Source: an uncultured delta proteobacterium (GTDB lineage: Bacteria > Desulfobacterota > Desulfobacteria > Desulfobacterales > JAFDCJ01). Taken from it: DNA of 64,000 nucleotides. Position numbers and translations under genes: made by a program. This document shows, one piece after another, positions 30,456-40,842 of the stretch; positions within the stretch are counted from its first letter, which is position 1; each line of letters starts with the position of its first letter. The notes under the pieces are model-generated. The model made no database searches and was not told the origin of the DNA. It worked only from the letters and a program-made list of their open reading frames with translations. The DNA is taken from assembly GCA_963769935.1 (NCBI GenBank), contig CAVYNY010000022.1:416001-480000 (forward strand), read 5' to 3'.

Positions 30456-31097
30456 GTGCCTGATCCGCAATTTCACTATTTTATCGCCGGCATAGGTCTG
30501 ACGGCCTTGGCTTATCTGCTGGGATCCATTCCCTGGGGGGTTGTTCTTACCCGGTTTTTTACTTCGGTGGATATCAGACGCCAGGGCAGCGGCAATATCG
30601 GGGCCACCAATGTCAGCCGGGTGGCAGGTTCGACATTGGGGCTTTTGACACTGGCGGGCGATGTTCTGAAAGGCGCCGTCCCGGTTTATCTGGCCTTGAT
30701 TTTCGCCTGGAAAAACCCGCTGATAAGCGAGAATTTGCCTGCAGTTGTCGCCCTGGCGGCATTTTTCGGCCACCTGTACCCGCTGTTTATGAAATTTAAA
30801 AACGGAGGCAAAGGTGTTGCAACGTGCGCCGGATGTTTTGTTGTGCTTGCTCCCTTGGCCTGTCTTGCCGCCTTGCTGGCATTTATCGTCTTTTTGTTTT
30901 TAACGCGTCGCGTATCGATCGGCTCCCTGGCGGCGGCGGCGGTGCTGCCATTCGCCGTCTGGTTTAACACCCATTTCGTCCAAATTACCGCCGGTGCCAT
31001 CATCATGTCGGTTTTCATTTTCATCCGTCACACGGCCAACATCAAACGGCTGATAGCCGGCACTGAACCGAAGTTTACCGATAAAATTAAAAATTGA
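30456..31097 (+). CDS. plsY: Glycerol-3-phosphate acyltransferase PlsY
   Basis: YLLGSIP, DIRRQGSGNIGATN, DVLKG, GH.YP, GGKGVAT, RHTANIKRL. Confidence 0.97.
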   Translation: MPDPQFHYFIAGIGLTALAYLLGSIPWGVVLTRFFTSVDIRRQGSGNIGATNVSRVAGSTLGLLTLAGDVLKGAVPVYLALIFAWKNPLISENLPAVVALAAFFGHLYPLFMKFKNGGKGVATCAGCFVVLAPLACLAALLAFIVFLFLTRRVSIGSLAAAAVLPFAVWFNTHFVQITAGAIIMSVFIFIRHTANIKRLIAGTEPKFTDKIKN

Positions 31098-31125
31098 GGC
31101 GTAGCTCCAGTATAGCGACCGATTT

Positions 31126-31180
31126 CGTAGGGCGGGCCTCCGTGCCCGCGAAATGGGTCGGCACGGAGGCCGACCCTACG
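31126..31180. repeat. Second GTAG-type REP inverted doublet (different sequence class)
   Basis: cGTAGGGCGGGCCTCCGTGCCCG ... GGTCGGCACGGAGGCCGACCCTACg. Confidence 0.85.
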
Positions 31181-31196
31181 CCAGCGTCAAACCAAA

Positions 31197-31258
31197 GTTT
31201 CTTTTATGATCAGACCGGCATTTGTTTTGGCCGGCGGCGGGGCTGGCACCTGAAACCC
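31197..31258. repeat. Dispersed repeat family C (gatcagaccggc...tggccggcggc...cacctgaaacc)
   Basis: Aligns with 34167-34228 and 56748-56849. Confidence 0.7.
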
Positions 31259-31273
31259 ATTCCAATAATGTTA

Positions 31274-33013
31274 TTAACCAAGCAACGACCACAAAAAAGC
31301 AAGCACGCCCGCCAATATGAAATTGCTCTCAACCAGCAACTCGAGTTTGACGCTCGGCAGCAAAATTCCCTGTTCGTAAGCTGAGATGAGAAACAAAAGC
31401 CATACCGGGCAGCTGACCAGTAAAAAGCCCAGATAGGAGATCAGATGAAATGAACTCAACCCGAGCAGCGCTGCCATGAGAATGATCAGGATTCTTTTTA
31501 GAAGACGCAATGAGCGCTTTTCACCCAGCAGGATGGCGAGGGTTTCCTTGCCGACAATGCGGTCCCCCTGCATGTCCAGAACATCAAAAAAGGCGGTCCT
31601 CACAAAGACAAGTCCGGAGGCCCACAGAAATATCATTCCGGTGATCCCGTGGGGCGTGTCTGCCAGGGAAAACGGTGTCGGCAAAGCGGTGACGATACCC
31701 CAGGCTACGGCGATTAAAAAGGTCTTTGATCCGGGGATATCTCTAATCCTTCTGTATTTGGAGGCGCTGAACCGTTTGGGCACCAGAATTTGATTGTATG
31801 ACAATCCCAGCAGACTCATGATGAGAAGCAGCATAAACGGAAACAAACCCAGAGTGTAAGCAATCACCAGACCGGCACCGCCGGCTGCCAGGGCCAGGAT
31901 AGAGAGCAGTATTTTGTATTTTTCATAAAAATTTGCCCGTTCCGGGTCATTGAATTGATCGGCCTTGTTTCCGATCAGATGGGCAAGAATATGCATGGAC
32001 TGGACATAGAGCATGGCTATCAGCACATACGGGAAGAACCGGCTGAAGCCCTGCAGTTTCGCAAAAGCATAACTCAAACATCCGGCTCCTAGAGAAACGT
32101 AAATGTTGGTCAGCAACAGGGCCCTTTGCAGACCGAATATTAATTTGCTCCAGTGGTTTTTGCGTTTGACCTGCAAGGCTTCCAGAGCCCGGTAGACCTT
32201 TTTAATAATCCAGTTGGGAGTAGAAGCGCCGGCGGTTATCCCGATATACCGGGCCGATCCCAGCACATCCATGTCAATATTCGTGAGATCTTCTTCGGAT
32301 TCGATGTGATAAGCCGGCTTGCCGGCTTGATTTGCAATTTCGGCCAGCCGGCGGGTGTTGCCGCTGTCGCGACCGCCCACCACAATTACGGCATCAACCG
32401 CTTCGGCCAAGCGTTTGACTTCAGCCTGGCGCCTTTCGGTGGAGTCGCAAATAGTATTGAAGACCTTGTAGTGGGGGTGTTTGGCAGCGGCCCAGTCTTT
32501 TACGCTTTCGAATAGCTTTGTGTTCTGTGTTGTTTGCGCAACGATGATCGCCTGGTCGAATGCCGGCAACGCCTCAAGCTCCTCCATACTGCCTACCACA
32601 TATCCCTTCTGCCGGGCATATCCGAGCAGCCCGATGACCTCAGGGTGATCTTTATCGCCGATGATAATCGAAGCAAAATCGTTTTTGGCATGTTTGCGGA
32701 TGATGGTTTGAACTTTAATCACGCGCGGGCAGGTCGCATCAATGACCTTAAAATCGGCTTGGCTGAGTTTTTGCTTGATGGTCGGTGGAACCCCGTGGGC
32801 CCGGATCAGCACTGTGCCGGACCCGTGGGCGGGTATCTCCTCAAGCACTGTGATATCTTTTGTTTTCAAAAGATTAAGGACCTGAGGATTATGAATCAGG
32901 GGTCCATAAGTGAAAATCGGGTTTGCATACTTATCGGGCGCATCCAGGACCATTTCCACAGCCCGACGCACCCCCATGCAAAAACCGGATGTCTTGGCGA
33001 TGAGTACTTTCAT
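31274..33013 (-). CDS. ispH: IspH (HMBPP reductase) fused to a C-terminal UbiA-like polytopic membrane domain
   Basis: GFCMGVRRA, IRAHG, DATCPRV, HPEV, TICDST, GITAGASTP; then ~290 aa of TM domain with IRDIPGSK and FDVLDMQGDRIVGKETL. Confidence 0.92.
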   Translation of the reverse strand: MKVLIAKTSGFCMGVRRAVEMVLDAPDKYANPIFTYGPLIHNPQVLNLLKTKDITVLEEIPAHGSGTVLIRAHGVPPTIKQKLSQADFKVIDATCPRVIKVQTIIRKHAKNDFASIIIGDKDHPEVIGLLGYARQKGYVVGSMEELEALPAFDQAIIVAQTTQNTKLFESVKDWAAAKHPHYKVFNTICDSTERRQAEVKRLAEAVDAVIVVGGRDSGNTRRLAEIANQAGKPAYHIESEEDLTNIDMDVLGSARYIGITAGASTPNWIIKKVYRALEALQVKRKNHWSKLIFGLQRALLLTNIYVSLGAGCLSYAFAKLQGFSRFFPYVLIAMLYVQSMHILAHLIGNKADQFNDPERANFYEKYKILLSILALAAGGAGLVIAYTLGLFPFMLLLIMSLLGLSYNQILVPKRFSASKYRRIRDIPGSKTFLIAVAWGIVTALPTPFSLADTPHGITGMIFLWASGLVFVRTAFFDVLDMQGDRIVGKETLAILLGEKRSLRLLKRILIILMAALLGLSSFHLISYLGFLLVSCPVWLLFLISAYEQGILLPSVKLELLVESNFILAGVLAFLWSLLG

Positions 33014-33018
33014 GAACT

Positions 33019-33207
33019 TTAATTATGCCTCAGGAATACCTTGTTATCCACCAGCGACAGCGAGTATATCTGGGCTTTTAAAACCTTTTGTTCGCCGAAA
33101 ATATTGACCAGTCGAATTCCATCCTCTTGTGGTTCGATCGTATCCACTGCTTCCATAATCAATTTTTGCTCGTTGCCTTCGAGTAAATAGGCGTTGGCTT
33201 CACACAT
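33019..33207 (-). CDS. cooT: CooT-family small nickel-binding protein
   Basis: 62 aa, MCEANAY...IMEAVD...LVNIFGEQK, with conserved Cys2. Confidence 0.75.
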   Translation of the reverse strand: MCEANAYLLEGNEQKLIMEAVDTIEPQEDGIRLVNIFGEQKVLKAQIYSLSLVDNKVFLRHN

Positions 33208-33231
33208 AATGGTTTCCTTTATAACAAGTGT

Positions 33232-33753
33232 TCACAGTTTGCTGAGTTTGGCCCGGTTTTTGCGCTGTCTTTTTGGCAACCGCTTGCTGGGGCCTTTTTT
33301 TTTGGTTGTCGGTGTCCAGCCGGTCTGGTTTTCCTCTTCGATTTGTGCGCTGGCCAGGTATTGCGATGTGACCAACCTACTTTCAAAATCGCGGGCGCCA
33401 ATGGTCGCAGCGCCCCATGCTGCGGCCGATCGAACGATGTCCTGATCGGAACTGACCACCAGGGCCTTTGGTCCTTCCCGTTGAGCCATTCTTTTTATGA
33501 CGGCATCTGCCGATTCTCCGTTGTGGGAATACACAATTGTGATGCCCTTCTGTCGATCCCGCTGCCGCGAGAGCAGGGGGGATCCGGTTCCATCGAAAAC
33601 AACGGTGATGTGGTGGGCTTTAAATTTTTTATACGCTGCCAGCATGTCCACCAGGGCCTCGCGACCCAGCTGAATATCCTGCAGATCCAGCGTGCTTAAC
33701 CGGCTGGATTGGCGGATGAGATTGTAGCCGTCTATAATGATATGAAGGGACAT
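33232..33753 (-). CDS. NYN-domain (YacP/Rae1-like) ribonuclease
   Basis: IIIDGYNLI, VVFDG, ESADAVIKR, VVSSD, and a basic C-terminal tail. Confidence 0.88.
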   Translation of the reverse strand: MSLHIIIDGYNLIRQSSRLSTLDLQDIQLGREALVDMLAAYKKFKAHHITVVFDGTGSPLLSRQRDRQKGITIVYSHNGESADAVIKRMAQREGPKALVVSSDQDIVRSAAAWGAATIGARDFESRLVTSQYLASAQIEEENQTGWTPTTKKKGPSKRLPKRQRKNRAKLSKL

Positions 33754-33831
33754 GGTATCTTTCAAGTCCCGAGCGGGTAAGAAAATATTCACCCCCGGGA
33801 TATACAGGAAAATGGGCCAAAAAGGGGTATT

Positions 33832-34228
33832 GGTTTCAGGTGTCCGGTTTCAGGTGTCAGGGACAGGAAGTTTGATGAAAGGTAATATTTCGCTGATTAT
33901 GTCTGACACATTATCAATTTCCAGATCCATTGGCTACTGCCGGTTTGGTATCTGTTATTTGATATTTCCTAGCTGGCCGTACGAAACTTCAGTTTCTATT
34001 GCAACAAGACTGGCCGCCAGCGGTGTTGCTGAAACCTCATATGAAACTTCCTTAAATTCGATGCCATTTTTACGAAGTGTCTCACCGCTGAGAGCGCGGA
34101 GATCGCAGAGATTAATTTAACTTATCTTTCTCGGCGTTCTCGGCGGGCTCTGCGGTGAACTATTATGTTTCTTTTTCGATCAGACCGGCCGTTGTTTTGG
34201 CCGGCGGCTGGGCTGACACCTGAGACCT
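33832..34228. repeat. Nested composite intergenic repeat: 7-bp GTTTCAG/CTGAAAC arms enclosing a 9-bp-period hairpin and family C copies
   Basis: ggtttcaggtgtccggtttcaggtgtcagg ... tcaccgctgagagcgcggagatcgcagaga / ttctcggcgttctcggcgggctctgcggtga ... gctgacacctgagacc. Confidence 0.72.
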
Positions 34229-34284
34229 CCATCTTATCCTGCAGAGTAACCTGAAATATGTTGTCAGATAAAAGACCATATGGT

Positions 34285-35196
34285 CTAATTTTTTGTCTGC
34301 TTCAACCGGTCTATCAAACGCTCCAGGTCGTCATTGCTGTAGAATTCAATTTCAACTTTGCCTTTTTGACCATCCTTTTTGATCAGAATTTTGGTGCCGA
34401 AATGACGGGATAGATCTTCGGCCAGACCGGAAAGATATATCTGTTCGGAGCGATTTCCGTCCACCCGCGGCTTTTTTTTCTCCGCCTTCATGCGCCGGAC
34501 GAGATTTTCGGTTTCTCTAACCGACAACCCTTTGGTGACAACCGCCCGCCAGGCCCCCAGTTGCTGGGCAGCGGATTCGGTGCCCAGCAGCGCCCTGGCA
34601 TGTCCCATGCTCAATGTGCCGTCGATAATACTGGCTTTAATTTGATCCGGCAATTGCCGCAATCTTAAAAAGTTGGCCACCGCCGACCGGCTTTTACCTA
34701 CCCGGGCGGCGGCCTGATCCTGGGTCAGATTCAGCTGGGTAATCAGTCGCTGGTAGGCTTCGGCTTCTTCGATGGGGTTTAGATTTTCGCGCTGGATGTT
34801 TTCGACCAGGGACATTTCCAGCAATTTTTCATCGCTGACCCGTTTAATTACCACCGGCACCTGGGTTAATCCGGCTCGTTTGGCCGCCCGCAGACGCCTT
34901 TCACCGGCTATTAGTTCGTAACCGGCTTCGTCATGGCGTACCAGCAGGGGCTGCAAAATGCCCTGGTTTTTGATCGACTCGGCAAGCTCCTGCAGGTCGT
35001 CTTCGGAAAAAGCCCTACGGGGCTGAAATCGGTTGGGATGGATCAGGTCGATGTCACAATAGAAATAGTCCCGCTTTTTTTCTTCTTCCTCTGTCTCGAG
35101 GCCCGGAATAAGAGCTCCCAAACCTTTGCCCAGGGCCATCTTTTTGCGCTTGACCGCACTGGAGCCGCTGTTTTTAGTCAGATTACTTTTTTGCAT
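34285..35196 (-). CDS. parB: Chromosome partitioning protein ParB
   Basis: [55 protein letters not shown]. Confidence 0.97.
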   Translation of the reverse strand: MQKSNLTKNSGSSAVKRKKMALGKGLGALIPGLETEEEEKKRDYFYCDIDLIHPNRFQPRRAFSEDDLQELAESIKNQGILQPLLVRHDEAGYELIAGERRLRAAKRAGLTQVPVVIKRVSDEKLLEMSLVENIQRENLNPIEEAEAYQRLITQLNLTQDQAAARVGKSRSAVANFLRLRQLPDQIKASIIDGTLSMGHARALLGTESAAQQLGAWRAVVTKGLSVRETENLVRRMKAEKKKPRVDGNRSEQIYLSGLAEDLSRHFGTKILIKKDGQKGKVEIEFYSNDDLERLIDRLKQTKN

Positions 35197-35984
35197 TGGT
35201 CATCCTTATCCCGTGTACCGGAAATTCGATCTTCCATTATTTCCTTGGCCAGTTCAAAGTAACTGCGGGCACCGGTCGAGGTGGCATCGTAGAGCAATAT
35301 GGGTTTGCCGAAGCTCGGCGCTTCACTCAACCGTATATTTCTGGGAATGATGGTTTTGAATACCAGATTGTTGAAGTATTTTTCAGCCTCCTCGGCAACC
35401 TGGTAAGACAGATTGGTTCGCTGGTCGAACATGGTCAACAGGATCCCGGCGATCTTGAGATCGGGATTCAGGGCCTGTTTGATGCGTTTGACGGTTTGCA
35501 GCAGCTGCCCCAGGCCTTCTAAGGCATAAAATTCGCACTGCAACGGTATCAGCAGGGAATCGGCCGCCGTCAGTGCGTTTACGGTTAAAAGGCTCAGCGA
35601 AGGCGGACAATCCAGGATTATATATTCAAATGAACTGCGAAGATCGGCAATGAGATTCTTCAAGGCATGCTCCCGATTGGCACTCGACATCATTTCCACT
35701 TCAAATCCGATCAACTCCACGTGGGAAGGGATCACCTTTAATGACGAAATGGCACTGTCCATGATCAGATTTTCAGATCCAGCCTGGCCCAGCATGCCGT
35801 GGTACAGGTTTTTGTCCATGGCGGCCGGATCAATGCCAACCCCCGAAGTCGCATTGGCCTGGGGATCACAATCCACCAGCAGGGTGCGTTTTTCCGACAC
35901 CGCCAGGGACGCTGACAGGTTGATGGCCGTTGTCGTTTTGCCCACGCCGCCTTTTTGATTCGCAATGCATATTACCTGTGCCAT
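35178..35984 (-). CDS. parA: Chromosome partitioning ATPase ParA/Soj
   Basis: [39 protein letters not shown]. Confidence 0.97.
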   Translation of the reverse strand: MAQVICIANQKGGVGKTTTAINLSASLAVSEKRTLLVDCDPQANATSGVGIDPAAMDKNLYHGMLGQAGSENLIMDSAISSLKVIPSHVELIGFEVEMMSSANREHALKNLIADLRSSFEYIILDCPPSLSLLTVNALTAADSLLIPLQCEFYALEGLGQLLQTVKRIKQALNPDLKIAGILLTMFDQRTNLSYQVAEEAEKYFNNLVFKTIIPRNIRLSEAPSFGKPILLYDATSTGARSYFELAKEIMEDRISGTRDKDDQCKKVI

Positions 35985-36204
35985 GGTTTCTATCCTGGAG
36001 ATTCGATTATAGCGCCCCGAAAAAATCTTTAATATTCCGTAGGCTCGGACACGCCGAAACCTGAGTCTGATTTAACACAAAACTTGCTGTTTGAAAAGAG
36101 GATTAAAATGTGGCAATATATGGACGCAGTTCATTCGGACCATATATGACCGAAACTTGTAACGGTCATTTCCGGTTATATGTTGAAGGGAATATTGGAA
36201 GACC

Positions 36205-37623
36205 ATGAAAACATTTCAAAAAAGTATTGCCGTTGGGTTGATTGCCGCATTTGTCCTGGGCGGCCTCTTTCCGTCGGAGGTTTTCAGCATCACGGTCAAA
36301 GAAGAAGAAGATCTGTCCCGCGAGATGCTGACGGCCATTTACAACCATTATGAAATCATTGACGATCCTGACATCGTTGCCTATGTCAATGAAGTCGGCA
36401 ATCGGATCCTGGCGGTGCTGCCCCCGCAGCCGTTCACATACCACTTTCATGTTATCAAAGAAGATGTCTACAACGCGTTTGCCACGCCGGCCGGTCACAT
36501 CTTCGTATACAGCGGTCTGATAGTGGCCATGACCGAAGAGGATGAGCTGGCCGGGATCCTGGGCCACGAAATCGGCCACGTTTACTGCCGGCATATTTCG
36601 CAAAAAATTGAACAGCAAAAAAAATTAGGATGGGCAGCCTTGGCCGGCGTAGCGGCCGGCGTTCTGCTGGGCGTCGGTGGAGCCGGGGCAGCGGCCCAGG
36701 CGGTTACCATGGGGGCTCCGGCTGCCGCTCAGGCTGCCGCACTGTCTTACAGCCGGGAAGATGAGATGCAGGCCGACCAGATCGGCGTGAAATTAGTTGA
36801 CGAAGCAGGGTACAGCCCCGAAGGGCTGCTGAAAATTTTAAAGAAAATCCGCGCCAAAACATGGTTCGGAACGGAGCAGGTTCCCAGCTACTTAATGACC
36901 CACCCGGCGGTCGAGGACCGTATTTCTTATATCAGCGGATGGATTGAATCCCACAACGCCAGCGCTAAACCTAAACCTCAGGTCAATGAGGATGAGTTTG
37001 ACAGGGTGCATACCCGGATCGAAACCGGCTATGGTGACGAGCAAGTCGTTTTGACCAGACTTCAAGCCGATGTTGCCCGCGATCCGGGGGATCCTTTGGC
37101 CCATTACCGCTACGGCCTGATACTGGCGAGAGTCGGAAAACGGCAGGAAGCCGTCGAACAAATGCGGATGGCGTTGACGAAAAGAGCATTTGACCCCTAT
37201 ATTTTAAGAGATCTTGGCTGGATATATTATCTGGACGGTCAATTTCCACAGGCCCTCAAATTGCTGAGCAGTGCCGGCGGCTTGATGCCCAAGGACCCGG
37301 ACTGCATTTATTATCTGGGCCGTACCCAGCTGGAGATGGGAAATCTGACCGAGGCCGCGGATAACTTTCTCATGCTCACCCGGCAATACCCCCAGTTCCC
37401 GGAGGCTTACTATTATCTGGGACAAAGCGTCGGGAAGCAGGAAAATCTGGGCGACGCTCACTATTATCTCGGTGTGTACTATCTGAAGAAAAGAGACAAC
37501 AAGAATGCCGGGATTCAATTTAAGCAAGCTTTAAAGCTTGTGCAGGATGAAGAAAAACGCAAAGAAATCGAAAAATGGCTGGCTCAAATCAGAGGGGAAG
37601 GGGACAAAAAGAACCCAAATTAA
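36205..37623 (+). CDS. M48 metalloprotease with TPR repeats (BepA/YfgC-like)
   Basis: Signal peptide, NAFATPAG, HEIGH, YSREDEMQAD, THP, C-terminal TPRs. Confidence 0.92.
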   Translation: MKTFQKSIAVGLIAAFVLGGLFPSEVFSITVKEEEDLSREMLTAIYNHYEIIDDPDIVAYVNEVGNRILAVLPPQPFTYHFHVIKEDVYNAFATPAGHIFVYSGLIVAMTEEDELAGILGHEIGHVYCRHISQKIEQQKKLGWAALAGVAAGVLLGVGGAGAAAQAVTMGAPAAAQAAALSYSREDEMQADQIGVKLVDEAGYSPEGLLKILKKIRAKTWFGTEQVPSYLMTHPAVEDRISYISGWIESHNASAKPKPQVNEDEFDRVHTRIETGYGDEQVVLTRLQADVARDPGDPLAHYRYGLILARVGKRQEAVEQMRMALTKRAFDPYILRDLGWIYYLDGQFPQALKLLSSAGGLMPKDPDCIYYLGRTQLEMGNLTEAADNFLMLTRQYPQFPEAYYYLGQSVGKQENLGDAHYYLGVYYLKKRDNKNAGIQFKQALKLVQDEEKRKEIEKWLAQIRGEGDKKNPN

Positions 37624-37710
37624 AATTGAGCCGAGCCTGAAGCAGACGCTGCATAAACCTGTTTAACTCCTCATGCTGGGTAGAAGCAAGGCCGTCGATT
37701 TCACTCGGAC

Positions 37711-37806
37711 GATGCTGGATGATGGATACTTGATGCCGGATATTGCGGAATTCGCCGAGAGTGAGATCCAGAAACATCCAGTATCCAGAAACCAGTATCC
37801 AGGATC
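37711..37806. repeat. Inverted-arm element with 7-bp repeats (GATGCTG / CCAG.AT)
   Basis: gatgctggatgatggatacttgatgccggatattgcggaattc ... atccagaaacatccagtatccagaaaccagtatccaggatc. Confidence 0.78.
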
Positions 37807-37875
37807 ACGTAATATTGCCAATGGCTTACATCACAACGGCTTTAATATTAGAAAATATTTTAGGCAGCTTAGAGG

Positions 37876-39909
37876 TCAACTGTGGTCAAAATGGGAAAAC
37901 TGCATGGTAAAAGTGCCCCTGCCCTGGGTGGCCGATCGCAGGGAGGTTGAATATCCGAACATGCTCGAGAGGGGGACGGTTACTTTGATAATTTGAGATC
38001 CCGTTTTGTGGTCGATGGATTCAATTTTACCGCCGCGGGCATTCAGGTCGCCGATCACCTCGCCCATGAACGCCTCGGGCACAAATACCTCCACATCCAT
38101 GATCGGCTCCAGCAAAAAAGGGTCGGCCTTGGCCAGGGCCTCGCGGGTGGCCATGGAAGCGGCGACGGTATAAGCCAGTTCGGTGCTGAGCGAATCCTTG
38201 TGCTGAACGCTTACGAGGGTGACTTCGACATCGACCACCGGATACCCCATCAATGAGCCGCTTTCAAATGATTCCAGTGCGCCTTTGCGGGCGGCCTGGA
38301 TATAAATCTGCGGCAGTTGATCTTCCGGAATTTTAGAAATAAATTGGTTTCCCGAGCCGCGCGGCATTGGCGTCAAACTCAGGCTGACTTCACCATAAAG
38401 ACGCTGCCCGGCTATTTCCTTATCAAAAATAGCCGACGCTTTTGCCCGCTTTGCGATGGCCTCTCTATATACCACCTGGGGTTTGCCGACATTGACACTG
38501 GTGTTGAATTCCCGCTGCATGCGGCTGGTGACAATTTCCAGATGCAGCTCCCCCATACCCGAGAGGATCGTCTGGCCGGTATCTTCGTCTTTACGCACGC
38601 GGAGGGTTGGATCCTCCGCCATAAATTTTTGCAGCACCTCGTCTATTTTTTCCTGATCGGCATGGGTCTTGGGCTCCACCGCCACGGAGATAACCGGCTC
38701 GTAAATCTCGATATTTTCGAGCAGGACAGGATGGTCGGGATGGCACAGCGTGTCGCCGGTGGAAGAATCTTTCAAGCCGACAACCCCTACAATGCTGCCC
38801 GCACCCACCAAATCGATCCGTTCACGCTTGTTGGCGTGCATGCGCAGGAGGCGAGCCAGCTTCTCTTTTTTCTTCAGCGTAGGATTGTAAACCTCCTCAC
38901 CGGCCTTCAGCCTGCCGCTGTATACCCTGACGAATGTCAATTTGCGGCCTTCCATCATGGACACTTTGAATATCAAAGCCGCCAGTGGGTCGGAATCTCT
39001 GGCTTTGCACACGATTTCCTGGCCGGTTTCCGGATGCAACCCCTTTATGGGTGGAACATCGACCGGACTCGGCAAAAATTTTACGATGGCATCCAGCAGG
39101 AGCTGCACGCCTTTGTTTCTCAGTGCCGAACCGCATAAAACAGGAACCAGCTCCAGCTTGACGGTGCCCTTACGAATCGCTTCGACAACTTTGGACCCGT
39201 CGATGGGCAGTTCCGATAAATAGGCCTCCATTAATTCGTCATCGTATTCCGCCGCGGCCTCAATCATTTTGTCCCGGTATTCTTCAGCCCGGGCGAGGTA
39301 TTTATCGCTGATATCCAACAGCTGATATGAGGCCCCCAGCGTTTCATCGTCCCATCGGATCTGCTTCATTTCGATCAGATCAATGACATCGGTAAATTCT
39401 TCCCCCTGGCCGACGGGCAACTGCAAAATGAGGGGGTTGGCTCTAAGGCGCGTTCTCATCATGGCAACGGTTCCCGTAAAATCGGCACCGATCCTGTCCA
39501 TTTTGTTGATGAAGGCTATTTTGGGAACACCGTATTTATCGGCCTGACGCCAGACGGTCTCGGACTGAGGCTCAACGCCCTCCACGGCACTGAAAACGCC
39601 GACCGCCCCGTCCAGCACCCGGAGGGAGCGTTCGACCTCAATCGTAAAATCAACATGCCCCGGCGTATCAATAATGTGAATTTCAAATTCTTTCCAGTTA
39701 CAGGTAGTAACCGCCGAAGTAATTGTAATACCCCGTTCCTGTTCATCGGCCATCCAGTCCATCACCGCTTCACCGTCATGCACCTCGCCTAATTTATGGG
39801 ATTTGCCGGTGTAGTATAAAATTCGCTCGGTCACCGTGGTTTTACCCGCGTCAATGTGAGCAATGATGCCGATGTTTCGGATACTGCTTATTTTTGTTTT
39901 TTGGCTCAT
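37876..39909 (-). CDS. fusA: Elongation factor G (copy outside the str operon)
   Basis: [46 protein letters not shown]. Confidence 0.95.
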   Translation of the reverse strand: MSQKTKISSIRNIGIIAHIDAGKTTVTERILYYTGKSHKLGEVHDGEAVMDWMADEQERGITITSAVTTCNWKEFEIHIIDTPGHVDFTIEVERSLRVLDGAVGVFSAVEGVEPQSETVWRQADKYGVPKIAFINKMDRIGADFTGTVAMMRTRLRANPLILQLPVGQGEEFTDVIDLIEMKQIRWDDETLGASYQLLDISDKYLARAEEYRDKMIEAAAEYDDELMEAYLSELPIDGSKVVEAIRKGTVKLELVPVLCGSALRNKGVQLLLDAIVKFLPSPVDVPPIKGLHPETGQEIVCKARDSDPLAALIFKVSMMEGRKLTFVRVYSGRLKAGEEVYNPTLKKKEKLARLLRMHANKRERIDLVGAGSIVGVVGLKDSSTGDTLCHPDHPVLLENIEIYEPVISVAVEPKTHADQEKIDEVLQKFMAEDPTLRVRKDEDTGQTILSGMGELHLEIVTSRMQREFNTSVNVGKPQVVYREAIAKRAKASAIFDKEIAGQRLYGEVSLSLTPMPRGSGNQFISKIPEDQLPQIYIQAARKGALESFESGSLMGYPVVDVEVTLVSVQHKDSLSTELAYTVAASMATREALAKADPFLLEPIMDVEVFVPEAFMGEVIGDLNARGGKIESIDHKTGSQIIKVTVPLSSMFGYSTSLRSATQGRGTFTMQFSHFDHS

Positions 39910-40493
39910 CGTACTATCAGCATATGTGCCTTAAGAGGATATTGCAGATCAATATGTCCCGCCAGCGTTGATGTTTCATTGCCGTCAATCAGTATCTTGA
40001 CCCGTTCGATTTGGGGGATATTCAATATCAACGAATTAACCACCGAATAAATGGTCAGCAATTCTGAATTGCTTCCGCCGGGATGATTTGTTCTGACAGC
40101 CTCCGATAAATCGACATAGCACACTTTGTCAGGGGTAATATACAGGGCATTGAGCGCGGTGCCGTCCGGCAGCGTCTGCAGCAGTCCTTTTTGCGGCCCC
40201 TTTATCAATGCCTCCATAATGGCCCGTGCGAAGCCGACCGTATCAGGGGGTTGCAGCAAGACCCGTTGTTCCGACTTCAAGAAAGAATAGTTCCCGTCGG
40301 CAAAATAAAGATCCACCGCAGCTTTTTGGGATTCCACCGGCAACTGCGCGTGTTGTTGTTCCTCCGGGCTGCCGGCGCGCACCGGGTCGCTGCCTGTGCC
40401 CAGAAAAATGGCCCAAACCGCCCATCCGATCAAAAGGATTGCCGACGCCCGCCTGAATGTGGGCTTTGGTTTGCAATAATCGATAGAATTCAT
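39906..40493 (-). CDS. GerMN-domain membrane-anchored protein
   Basis: N-terminal [39 protein letters not shown]. Start codon uncertain. Confidence 0.85.
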   Translation of the reverse strand: MNSIDYCKPKPTFRRASAILLIGWAVWAIFLGTGSDPVRAGSPEEQQHAQLPVESQKAAVDLYFADGNYSFLKSEQRVLLQPPDTVGFARAIMEALIKGPQKGLLQTLPDGTALNALYITPDKVCYVDLSEAVRTNHPGGSNSELLTIYSVVNSLILNIPQIERVKILIDGNETSTLAGHIDLQYPLKAHMLIVR

Positions 40494-40521
40494 TTTACTA
40501 AATGCGCCCGGGAATTCCAAT

Positions 40522-40551
40522 AAAAAAAGGTTAGCCTGATACTAACCTTTT
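40522..40551 (-). terminator. Intrinsic terminator downstream of tRNA-Ala
   Basis: On the minus strand aaaaggttag-tatcagg-ctaacctttt followed by a T run. Confidence 0.6.
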
Positions 40552-40555
40552 AATT

Positions 40556-40631
40556 TGGTGGAGCTGAGGGGGCTCGAACCCCTGGCCTCATGACTGCCAG
40601 TCATGCGCTCTCCCAGCTGAGCTACAGCCCC
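40556..40631 (-). tRNA. tRNA-Ala (GGC)
   Basis: GGGGCTGTAGCTCAGCTGGGAGAGCGCATGACTGGCAGTCATGAGGCCAGGGGTTCGAGCCCCCTCAGCTCCACCA: 76 nt, anticodon GGC, G3:U70 pair, encoded CCA. Confidence 0.98.
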
Positions 40632-40719
40632 AATAGAAAGTTCATCCTTTACCAAACGCCGGAGAGGGTGTCAATATTTATTTCGTCCTAAACTGATCGC
40701 CGCCATCAACGGTATGCTG

Positions 40720-40748
40720 TTGACAAATGGCGGATTAAAAAATATTAT
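40720..40748 (+). promoter_or_regulatory. Sigma70 promoter, divergent from the tRNA promoter
   Basis: TTGACA-17 bp-TATTAT; an opposite-strand TTGACA at 40669-40674 faces the tRNA. Confidence 0.6.
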
Positions 40749-40842
40749 TTGATGTTTAAGGGGAAACGATGTCGGCCATTGCCTTTGCCGGTTAATCCGG
40801 ATCAGGGGACAATAACCGAGGTGATTGCCTCTGGGATGAAAT

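Noticed and set aside
34285..36200. parS site or replication origin near parAB
   Set aside because: No GTTTCACGTGAAAC-like palindrome or DnaA-box cluster found by eye.
40556..40631. tRNA-Ala as an integration site for an island
   Set aside because: No integrase nearby and no duplicated tRNA 3' end seen; the flanking genes are housekeeping.
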